Origin: Deferribacterales bacterium
GTDB taxonomy: Bacteria > Chrysiogenota > Deferribacteres > Deferribacterales > Geovibrionaceae
DNA: 21,856 bases
Assembly (NCBI GenBank): GCA_050251945.1
Contig: JBFWLW010000020.1
Location: forward strand, 1 to 21,856
Reading direction: 5' to 3'
Shown here: positions 8,414 to 16,017 of the stretch, in pieces
Layout of the letters: every line of letters starts with the position of its first letter
Numbering within the stretch: position 1 is the first letter of the stretch
Notes under the pieces: model-generated
The model's input: only the letters and a program-made list of their open reading frames with translations
Database searches by the model: none
What the model was told of the DNA's origin: nothing
Position numbers and translations under genes: made by a program

Positions 8414-11341
8414 ATGGAAAAGACGGACAAGGCAGTAAAGATAAAAAAACGGAGATTTCCGCTGATATGGCTTACGCCTATTCTGGCGCTGGGAATAACG
8501 GCGTGGCTCCTTTACAACGGTTACATCAATTCCGGGAAAGAGATACGGATACAATTCGAGTCTGCGGCGGATATCGTTGTCGGTAAGACCCAGTTGAAGT
8601 ACAAGGGTATCCCCGTCGGCCGGGTGATTGATCTTGAGATAGCAGACAGCATGGACAAGGTGAACGCCGTGGTGAAGCTTGACAAAAGGGCAGAACCCAT
8701 TGCTAAAGAGGGGATGATGTTCTGGATAGTTAAGCCGCGGGTGAGTATCAACCAGATAACAGGGCTTGAGACCATAATGTCAGGAACGTACATAGAGGTA
8801 AAACCGCCCGTTAAAACTGTTGAAGAGCTGAAAAATCTGAAAGATCAGTATTTTTTCATAGGGCTTCTGGAACCTGCCGCGGCGGATATTCCTGCGGATT
8901 CGGTGATGGTCACTCTGCATACTGACAAGGATATGGGGATTTACAGCGGCATGCCTTTGTATTTCAATAACATAAACGCGGGGCGCATACTCAGCGTCCG
9001 GTATGACGAAAATAAGCGGGCGTATGACGTAATGGCGTCCGTTAACCGTGATTACGGAAAATATATCAACAGCGATACGAAATTCTGGAACATCAGCGGA
9101 TTTGAAATGAAGCTTGATTCCGCCGGACTTTCGGTGGAGCTTTCACAGCTTAACACTCTTTTTCAGGGCGGTGTGGCGTTTGATTCGTCGAAACGTACGG
9201 AAAAAGCACAGCCGCTTTCAGGATATGAAATTTTCTCCGACTACACATCTACGCTCCTGTCTCCTGAAACCATAAAGATAGTAATGTCCGAGTGTTACGG
9301 CATGAAAGAGGACAGAACTCCGGTTATGTATAAAGGATTGCAGGCGGGTATTGTGGAAGGGCTTGAGATAGACGGAAAACAGCAGTGTGTTGCATCTGTC
9401 AAGCTGGACAAAAGATACGGATATCTCGCCGCGAAGCACAGCCGCTTTGTTGTGGAACAGACGGAGGTTTCAACCGAAGGGCTGAAGAACCTGTCAACTT
9501 CACTGCTGGGTGTTTTCATCAATGTTGAGGCTGGCGGCGGCGAAAAAACATACGCCTTTAAATTGTCGGACACCCCTATATTTCAGATTCCCGCCGATTC
9601 TTTCCGTTTCCGCGTAGCGGGAGCGCAGGCGAAAGAGGGCGCCGGCATATATTTTCAGGGTGTGCGCATCGGTATGATAACGGCAGTTTCCCTCAAGGGG
9701 CGCAACACCGAATATGATGCCGTAATATTTCCGCCTTATAAAAAACTTGCGGTTTCAGGACTTTACCTCTGGAAACCGGATATGTTCAGCATATCTGCAG
9801 GCGGACAGGGTGTCAGTGTCGGCGGAAACGTTCTGCAATCGGTGCAGGGCGGCATAACAGCCGGATTTTTCGGCAATACGTCCGCATCGCCTCTGGCGCA
9901 GGGCAGGGTTGTGAAGCTTTATGAAAACGAGACACTGGCGCGCAGAGCCTCATTGACAGCTCAGGGCTGCACGGAGATACGTCTGGCAGCGCAGTCAGTG
10001 TTCGGACTGGATAACGGAGCGCCTGTTTTCTATAAAGGGACACGTGCCGGAGAGATAGCTTCTGCGGATGTTTCGCAGAAGGGGGTACGCATCGCGGTTC
10101 TGATATATCCGGAATATGCAAAGACGCTGAACGGCAGAGCTGTTTTCTGGAAGAACGGCAGGGCTGACCTCAGTCTTGGCGCTTCCGGTCTGCGTGTGAC
10201 AACTCCTTCGGTCACGGAACTTTTATCCGGCGGACTGTCGTTCGACACTGTCGCCGATGCACCGTTTACAAAGGAATACGTCGTATACGAAAGCTTTGCT
10301 GATGCAGAAAAGGCTGTCAGACAGCTTATTGCCGGCAGAATCATACGTCTTGCCGTGACAGATTCCGTACCGCCTGCCGAGGGTACCCCTGTGTATTTCA
10401 GAGGCATCAGAACCGGGGAAACAGGCGAAGCCGGATATGACAGTGTTTCCGATTCAGCTTATGTGACCGTATTGATAGATAAAAAATTCGCAGATACCGT
10501 AAAACCTTCCACCAGATTTTACAGAGGCGGCAACGTGACCGTATCTGCCGGAAAACAGGGCATAAAGGTGAGTACCGAACCTGCCATGAACTATGTCACC
10601 GGAGCGGTGTATTATGACACTTTCGGTTCGCCGGCAGTTGCCAAAAAACTTTATGCGGACAGGGATGCGGCGCAGATACCCGATTATTCCACGGCATATG
10701 TCCTTATAGGCGGTGCCGCGCTTAAAGACGGTGCGGATGTGGTGTGTGACGGTGCGAAGATAGGATATGTTGACGAAATATCTGACGGCAGGGCGAAACT
10801 GCTGATATATACCAAATACAAAAAGTATCTTGCCGACGGAGCTATGTTCTGGATCGAGGATGCCAGAATATCTTTGGATGGTGTTAAAAATGCCGACGCG
10901 GCTCTTTTCGGGGCGAAACTCGCCATGTCGAAAGGCACCGGACAGCCAAGAACCGAGTTTTCGCTGTCCGACAGATACACTGCCATGAAAGGACTGCACA
11001 TTGTTCTTACAGCGGATTCCAGACATTCCGTTGACGAAGGTTCGCCCGTTTATTACAAACAGGTTCAGACAGGCTCTGTTGAGTGGGTGCGCCTTTCAGA
11101 TGATGCGCAGCAGGTTGAGATAGGTGTTTTCATCGACGCAAAGAACGCAAATTTAGTGAGGACTAATACTGTGTTCCGCTCTGTCAGCGGTATAGAGGCG
11201 GAGTATGGGCTGTTCAAAGGTGTTAAGATAAAGACAGGAACGGTTAAAACCATTGTCAAGGGCGGACTGGAATTCACCACAGATTTTTCATCCGGTCAGC
11301 CGCTTAAAGATGGTGATGTGCTTAAACTCAAGAATCAGTAA
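8414..11341 (+). CDS. Multi-MCE (MlaD) domain lipid transport protein, LetB/YebT/PqiB family
   Basis: N-terminal TM (IWLTPILAL); eight repeats of the G-x-P-V-x-Y/F-x-G-x-x-x-G-x-V/I MCE motif, most followed by (T/M/V)xFW-like and GG(I/L/V)xF-like motifs; follows pqiA genes; no pqiC downstream. Confidence 0.9.
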   Translation: MEKTDKAVKIKKRRFPLIWLTPILALGITAWLLYNGYINSGKEIRIQFESAADIVVGKTQLKYKGIPVGRVIDLEIADSMDKVNAVVKLDKRAEPIAKEGMMFWIVKPRVSINQITGLETIMSGTYIEVKPPVKTVEELKNLKDQYFFIGLLEPAAADIPADSVMVTLHTDKDMGIYSGMPLYFNNINAGRILSVRYDENKRAYDVMASVNRDYGKYINSDTKFWNISGFEMKLDSAGLSVELSQLNTLFQGGVAFDSSKRTEKAQPLSGYEIFSDYTSTLLSPETIKIVMSECYGMKEDRTPVMYKGLQAGIVEGLEIDGKQQCVASVKLDKRYGYLAAKHSRFVVEQTEVSTEGLKNLSTSLLGVFINVEAGGGEKTYAFKLSDTPIFQIPADSFRFRVAGAQAKEGAGIYFQGVRIGMITAVSLKGRNTEYDAVIFPPYKKLAVSGLYLWKPDMFSISAGGQGVSVGGNVLQSVQGGITAGFFGNTSASPLAQGRVVKLYENETLARRASLTAQGCTEIRLAAQSVFGLDNGAPVFYKGTRAGEIASADVSQKGVRIAVLIYPEYAKTLNGRAVFWKNGRADLSLGASGLRVTTPSVTELLSGGLSFDTVADAPFTKEYVVYESFADAEKAVRQLIAGRIIRLAVTDSVPPAEGTPVYFRGIRTGETGEAGYDSVSDSAYVTVLIDKKFADTVKPSTRFYRGGNVTVSAGKQGIKVSTEPAMNYVTGAVYYDTFGSPAVAKKLYADRDAAQIPDYSTAYVLIGGAALKDGADVVCDGAKIGYVDEISDGRAKLLIYTKYKKYLADGAMFWIEDARISLDGVKNADAALFGAKLAMSKGTGQPRTEFSLSDRYTAMKGLHIVLTADSRHSVDEGSPVYYKQVQTGSVEWVRLSDDAQQVEIGVFIDAKNANLVRTNTVFRSVSGIEAEYGLFKGVKIKTGTVKTIVKGGLEFTTDFSSGQPLKDGDVLKLKNQ

Positions 11342-11351
11342 CAATGCAAAT

Positions 11352-11388
11352 CCCCCCCTAAGTCCCCCTTTTATAAAGGGGGACTTAG
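11352..11388. repeat. Perfect 14-bp stem-loop (CCCCCTT/AAGGGGG-type palindrome), probable terminator between convergent genes
   Basis: CTAAGTCCCCCTTT-TAT-AAAGGGGGACTTAG (11358-11388), preceded by a C7 run. Confidence 0.75.
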
Positions 11389-11392
11389 AAGC

Positions 11393-11536
11393 CAGGTTGT
11401 TGACAAATTTGTTAAAAGTTAATGAGATTGCTGCGTCAGCCTATACAGCTTCCTCACAATGACAGCAATTTACGTCTTCGCGAGGAGCGCATGCGACGAC
11501 GCGATCTCACATTTTACTGACTTTGTCGTCAGTCTG
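11393..11536 (-). mobile_element. MITE-like palindromic dispersed repeat, copy 1 (144 bp)
   Basis: Imperfect terminal inverted repeats CAGGTTGTTGACAAA / TTTGTCGTCAGTCTG. Reverse complement matches 21575-21716 (56/63 identical over the first 63 nt by manual alignment). No ORF. Confidence 0.8.
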
Positions 11537-11552
11537 GAGCGGGATCTATTAT

Positions 11553-12731
11553 CTAGTGATGTTTTGTTTCAAGATTAAAGAACTTCTCCGCCGAGAAATA
11601 CAGCAGGAAGAACACTCCGAAACCGAACAGATAAACAAGCCATTCCGTTGCGGAAGGGCTGTAAAGTCGCATCCCGACAAAATCCGTTACAACACCCGCG
11701 CCGAAGAATCCGCCGCGCATGGGAGGAAGCTGTCCGGCGACTATGAAGTCGTATCTGGTGAAGAACAGACCTATAAGATAGATGAAACCTGCAAGGGCAT
11801 ATCTGCCGACGCTTCCGCGCGCAGTAACTATCAGTATCAGCGGTATCGCCACCGCAAGAAGCATCTCGCCGACCCAGAAGTTCAGCGCCAAAGGTCCCTT
11901 CACAAGGGCAACCGCCGCAGTGTATGCGTCTCCGCCGCCTATAAACAGTGACGAGAGAAGCTTCCAGAGATAGAGAAGCATCATCACTCCTATTCCGCCG
12001 CCCATAAGCCTGCCGAGAGATACCATGGATTTGCTTACCTCTTCTGCGAGCTTGCCCTTATACATCACATAATGCACGAGGATAAGGAGAGCCGCTCCGG
12101 CGGTAACGCCTGAAACCACGAGGAATATGGGGAAGTATATGCCGTGAAACCACTGGCGGGCGCTCAGCGAACCGAACACATAGCCTAGGTTGCTTGTGGC
12201 GAGAACTCCCACCAGAAGTGCGAGAAAACCCGCGATAGCCGCGAGCTTGCGGCTTGTATCAGTCTGGTTGGATCTGAACACAAGGAACAGCTCAACAGCC
12301 AGTATGCCAAGCTCTATGCCGTAGAAAGTACCCATCCAGAAAATAGGTGCCGACATATTGGGCGTGAGCATCATATGAAGCATTTTTACGGGACTTCCGA
12401 CTTCCATAAGAATCTGTGTGAAGCCCGCAAGAAGAACTATGGTCGCAAGCACGACTATGCGCCTGCCAATGGGTTCGTACTGTTTGAACCCGAACGCGTG
12501 GGCAAGTCCGCCTATGAAGGCGATGCCCGTTGATATTATAACAAAGTAGGCATAGGTGGCTATCAGAAGCCCCCATGGGATCATACGGGTAACGCCGTAG
12601 CTCTCCTCATGCCCTTTCACAAACACCGATATTACGCCGTATCCGCCTGCTATGCAGAGCAGCAGCCCCAATATCATAAAAAGCAGAGCGGGCATCATGG
12701 CGTTTCTGGTTTCTGTATTTTCAGACATCAT
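11553..12731 (-). CDS. NrfD/PsrC/DsrP family polytopic quinol-interacting membrane subunit
   Basis: PWGLLIATYAYFVIIS.G, EVGSP, SAPIFWM, RYDFIVAGQ, YSPSATEW; about 10 hydrophobic segments. Confidence 0.9.
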   Translation of the reverse strand: MMSENTETRNAMMPALLFMILGLLLCIAGGYGVISVFVKGHEESYGVTRMIPWGLLIATYAYFVIISTGIAFIGGLAHAFGFKQYEPIGRRIVVLATIVLLAGFTQILMEVGSPVKMLHMMLTPNMSAPIFWMGTFYGIELGILAVELFLVFRSNQTDTSRKLAAIAGFLALLVGVLATSNLGYVFGSLSARQWFHGIYFPIFLVVSGVTAGAALLILVHYVMYKGKLAEEVSKSMVSLGRLMGGGIGVMMLLYLWKLLSSLFIGGGDAYTAAVALVKGPLALNFWVGEMLLAVAIPLILIVTARGSVGRYALAGFIYLIGLFFTRYDFIVAGQLPPMRGGFFGAGVVTDFVGMRLYSPSATEWLVYLFGFGVFFLLYFSAEKFFNLETKHH

Positions 12732-12737
12732 TTCCTC

Positions 12738-13427
12738 CTAAACGTCCTGCGTGTAATAAACGTTGCAGAGTGTTCCCTCTTCCGGTTTCAGAGTGTGGTA
12801 TGCCACAGCTTCTTTCATTATCTTTGAAACCTCGGATTCAGGGTCTGCAAGGTCGCCGAATATTCTGGCGTTCTTATAGCAGGATTCCACACATGCCGTG
12901 GTTTTACCCTCTTTGAGCCTTGGCAGGCAGAAGGTGCATTTGTCAACCGAGTGGATGTTTTCGTTGTAGTATCTCGCGTCGTAAGGACAGGCGAGCATAC
13001 ATGTTTTGCATCCCATGCATTTGTCCTGCCTGATGAGAACTATGCCGTCTTCTTCGCGTTTAAAGCTTGCCCTTGTGGGGCATACCTTGACACATGGCGG
13101 GTTGTCGCACTGGTTGCAGAGAACGGGAAGCCATGTCATTTTTGACGAATAGCTCTGCGCTCTGGCTGTGTAGAGCACTTTTGTTCTGTAAAGCTCGGGG
13201 TCTTTGGGGACGTTCCAAGCTGCTTTGCACGCAACCTCGCAGGCTTTGCAGCCGATGCATCTGTCCTGCACGATTATCATTGCGTAGTTATGCTTCTTTT
13301 CGGGTTTTCCGCTTGTTGTGGTTTCAAACGGATCCCATTCGTATTTATTATCGAAAACGGCAGGCATGGGCAGAAACGAATAGAGCGTTATCGTACCCAG
13401 ACCTTTCACAAAATATCTTCTGTTCAT
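12738..13427 (-). CDS. NrfC/PsrB family 4Fe-4S dicluster protein with Tat-like N-terminus
   Basis: NRRYFVK; CIGCKACEVAC, LCNQCDNPPCVKVCP, CMGCKTCMLACPY, KCTFC...ACVESC; RBS AGGAG. Confidence 0.92.
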   Translation of the reverse strand: MNRRYFVKGLGTITLYSFLPMPAVFDNKYEWDPFETTTSGKPEKKHNYAMIIVQDRCIGCKACEVACKAAWNVPKDPELYRTKVLYTARAQSYSSKMTWLPVLCNQCDNPPCVKVCPTRASFKREEDGIVLIRQDKCMGCKTCMLACPYDARYYNENIHSVDKCTFCLPRLKEGKTTACVESCYKNARIFGDLADPESEVSKIMKEAVAYHTLKPEEGTLCNVYYTQDV

Positions 13428-13446
13428 GGTTTTAGCTCCTTAAGAA

Positions 13447-14226
13447 TTATTTTTTGACAAATCCGGGAGCTTTCGGAACGTTCTTACCGTGGCAGTCGGC
13501 GCAGTTGTATTGTGCGGTGGTGCCGACCTCCTTGCCTCCTGTCCAGGCAGGATGTTCTGCTATCTCTTTGTCGTCGTGTATCCTGTTGAGATACTGAACG
13601 ACCTTATATGCAACAGAGGCTGATACACGTGCGCATCTGTCCTTTCTTTCAGGACTGCCGAGGGCTTTGTCTGCCTTCTTCATCCATTTGCTGACGGAAA
13701 CGTGGCAAAGCGGGGAATTGCTCACTGTGTGTTCGATGCTGTCCTTGTTTGCCTGCGGGTCTTTGGGAACGTAGATGGGCATGTTCGCATGGCTGTACCA
13801 GTTGAACGTATCGGAAACCACCGTGTGTGTGCGGTCTTCCCACGTCGGTGGACCGACAATAAGGCTTACTACAACGGATGCGCCGTTGACAGATCCGCAG
13901 GTTGTACCCCAGCTTGCGATACCGCCTTCAAATATGGCGAATGATTCAACGGGAAACGATTTGTAAGGTTCGCCTACTTTTTTTGCAAGCTGATCGAAAA
14001 TTGAAAACATAACTGTTCCGCCGCAGCCGAGGTTATACCATTGTTTGTAGGCTATCTCAGCCGTTTCTGCCGGGTCGAGTTTTACATAAGGCCAAGGCCA
14101 TGTCTTGGCAAGCGGTTCTTCGTCCGAAGCCTCTGCTGAGCTTACGGCGAATTTTCCGGCAAAAGCACCCGCGCCCAAAAGCGCCGCCTTTGCCAGAATG
14201 TCTCTGCGGGATATCTTTGCATCCAT
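13447..14226 (-). CDS. Split-Soret cytochrome c-like protein (C_GCAxxG_C_C family) with Tat signal and C-terminal CXXCH
   Basis: SRRDILAK; WPWPYVKLDP; GCGG, WGTTCGSVNG, SPLCHVSVSKW, ERKDRCAR; C-terminal CADCH; RBS GGAGG. Confidence 0.85.
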   Translation of the reverse strand: MDAKISRRDILAKAALLGAGAFAGKFAVSSAEASDEEPLAKTWPWPYVKLDPAETAEIAYKQWYNLGCGGTVMFSIFDQLAKKVGEPYKSFPVESFAIFEGGIASWGTTCGSVNGASVVVSLIVGPPTWEDRTHTVVSDTFNWYSHANMPIYVPKDPQANKDSIEHTVSNSPLCHVSVSKWMKKADKALGSPERKDRCARVSASVAYKVVQYLNRIHDDKEIAEHPAWTGGKEVGTTAQYNCADCHGKNVPKAPGFVKK

Positions 14227-14244
14227 AATTAAACCTCCGAATGA

Positions 14245-14270
14245 ATCGTTATATAAAATTTTATATAACG
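14245..14270. promoter_or_regulatory. Putative ModE-type operator (perfect 24-bp palindrome at 14247-14270)
   Basis: ATCGTTATATA-AAATTT-TATATAACG matches the ModE consensus CG(C/T)TATATA-N6-TATATA(A/G)CG; ends about 20 bp upstream of the 14226 start codon. Confidence 0.65.
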
Positions 14271-14280
14271 CAAGATGCTT

Positions 14281-14310
14281 AAAAAAATTACGGTTATGTG
14301 GGCATAACCG
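14281..14310 (-). terminator. Intrinsic-terminator-like hairpin upstream of the cytochrome operon
   Basis: Minus strand CGGTTATG-CCCA-CATAACCG-TAATTTTTTT. Confidence 0.5.
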
Positions 14311-14535
14311 CTTATAGAAAGCTTCATAATGGACTGTATATATATCTTTGTATATTCCGTCAATACAATATTGTTAGAGATATGACCGGAGAAATCCCTG
14401 TATTTTTCAGAGTTTTTACAACATCATGTCAACTATGACCAATATAAGAATTGTTTTTAGAGAAAAATAACGAAAAAATCGTAACTTCTTAATGATACTA
14501 AAACTATCTTAAAGAAAGTGTTAAGAAACTCCGCG

Positions 14536-14584
14536 CGGCTCGCGAAGACACGGGTTATGCTTCGCGAACCGGAGGCGAAGCGTC
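14536..14584. repeat. REP-like hairpin downstream of hsp20, related to the MITE internal unit
   Basis: CGGCTCGCGAAG...CTTCGCGAACCG stem; contains CTCGCGAAGAC, the exact reverse complement of GTCTTCGCGAG at 11474-11484. Confidence 0.55.
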
Positions 14585-14590
14585 AAATTG

Positions 14591-15133
14591 TTATGATGCG
14601 CTTTTTATTTCCACGCGCCGGACATCAGTCTTTTGCGTTGGTTTTCTGGGTATGGTGACCGTCAGCACGCCTTTTTTAAAAGCGGCAGATACATTTTCAC
14701 GGTCAGCATCCTCAGGCAGTGAAAGCATTCTGCGGAACGAACCGTATGACCTTTCGATCCTATAGAAGCTGTTGTCTTTGGATTCTGATTCCTGTTTCTT
14801 CTCACCCTTAATAACAAGGGTGTCGCCGGCAATTTCAAGCTGGATATCCTTTTCTTCCACTCCGGGTATTTCAACTGTCACCGTGTACTGCTTTTCAGAT
14901 GCAGAAAGATCAAGGGTGGGCTTGAAAAGTTCTGCCGCAGAAACTTTGCCGAGACCGAAGGGATGCACCCCGAAGCCTTTGAAAGCCTGATCAAAAATTT
15001 TATCCATTTCGTTGTGGAGCTGCTGAAGAGGGCTTTGAATCTGTTTTTCATCCATTGCAAACGGCATCGGTTTGCCCGCTTCCTCTTCTTCTTTGTTGAA
15101 CCAGTTCCAAGGGATGAATTTTTTAACGTCCAT
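14591..15133 (-). CDS. Hsp20/alpha-crystallin small heat shock protein
   Basis: PTLDLSASEKQYTVTVEIPG, ERSYGSFRRMLSLP, AAFKKGVLTVTIP; RBS AGGAGG. Confidence 0.95.
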   Translation of the reverse strand: MDVKKFIPWNWFNKEEEEAGKPMPFAMDEKQIQSPLQQLHNEMDKIFDQAFKGFGVHPFGLGKVSAAELFKPTLDLSASEKQYTVTVEIPGVEEKDIQLEIAGDTLVIKGEKKQESESKDNSFYRIERSYGSFRRMLSLPEDADRENVSAAFKKGVLTVTIPRKPTQKTDVRRVEIKSAS

Positions 15134-15205
15134 GGTCTACCTCCTGTTATTTTCCCTTTTTATGGTTGTTTTACGGTGTTCTGCGCCCATGATTATAAAT
15201 TTATG

Positions 15206-15226
15206 TTTGAGTCTTGGCGTGTCAAG
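15206..15226 (-). promoter_or_regulatory. HAIR-like (HspR) operator overlapping the hsp20 -35 box
   Basis: Minus strand CTTGACA-N7-ACTCAAA versus HAIR CTTGAGT-N7-ACTCAAG (11/14); contains TTGACA with TAAATT 16 bp downstream. Confidence 0.55.
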
Positions 15227-15262
15227 TATTTTTAGCTGACGAGATGCATGTGTGGCGGTAAA

Positions 15263-15955
15263 CTATTCGGAATAGATCATTTTAACGGTCATGCCGCCGT
15301 CGATGGTGATGTTCTGTCCTGTGATAAAACCGGAATTGATGATAAAGTCAACGGCAAGGGCTATATCGTTTGGAGTGCCGACACGTCCGGCGGGGTGCTG
15401 TGCGCTGTCTGTCTCCGCTGGGAGGCAGTTTTCGTCTGTGTTTATCCAGCCGGGGCTGATGCAGTTAACCAGAATATCAGGACCCAGGCTTACCGCGAGA
15501 GAATGTGTCAGAGCCGCTATGCCGCCTTTTGACGCGCTGTAGGCGAAGGTGTCCGGCTCAGACTGGAAAGCTCTGGTGGACGAGATGTTTATGATGTGTC
15601 CTTGTTCCATTGCCTCCGCTGCGTATTTGGCGAAGAGGAACGCTCCGGTGAGGTTAACGTCAATAACCCTCTGCCAGTCAGCCAGCGTGATTTTGCTCAG
15701 GCTCAGCCGTTTCGGCGAAGCAATGCCTGCGTTGTTTACCAGCACGTCAAGTTTTCCGCATTTTTCAATACAGTCTTTAACGGCGGATTCGTCAGAACAG
15801 TCGGTTTCGATGAATATCGCGCCTGTTTCTCTTGCAGTTCTTTTTCCGCAGGGGTCGATATCTGCAATGAACACACGGTGTCCTTTAGCTGTCATAAATC
15901 TGACGATACCTTTACCGATGCCCTTTGCTCCGCCTGTGACAAGTATGCTTTTCAT
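15263..15955 (-). CDS. Short-chain dehydrogenase/reductase (SDR)
   Basis: TGGAKGIG, NNAG, YSASK, SPGWI; start reassigned to MKSILVTGG (15955) because the Rossmann motif normally lies at the N-terminus. Confidence 0.93.
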   Translation of the reverse strand: MKSILVTGGAKGIGKGIVRFMTAKGHRVFIADIDPCGKRTARETGAIFIETDCSDESAVKDCIEKCGKLDVLVNNAGIASPKRLSLSKITLADWQRVIDVNLTGAFLFAKYAAEAMEQGHIINISSTRAFQSEPDTFAYSASKGGIAALTHSLAVSLGPDILVNCISPGWINTDENCLPAETDSAQHPAGRVGTPNDIALAVDFIINSGFITGQNITIDGGMTVKMIYSE

Positions 15956-16017
15956 ACGGCGATGATACGGTATTGCGGGTGCCATTGACAAGGTTTATTA
16001 TTTTTTATGAGGTAAGT

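Noticed and set aside
7694..8554. 286-aa minus-strand ORF
   Set aside because: Antisense to the well-supported pqiA/MCE genes; no motifs
11393..11536. Possible CRISPR array or tRNA
   Set aside because: Units are inverted rather than direct, there are no regular unique spacers or cas genes, and no cloverleaf or T-loop motif
11253..11951. Plus-strand ORFs 11253-11462 and 11523-11951
   Set aside because: The first reads through palindromic repeats; the second is antisense to nrfD
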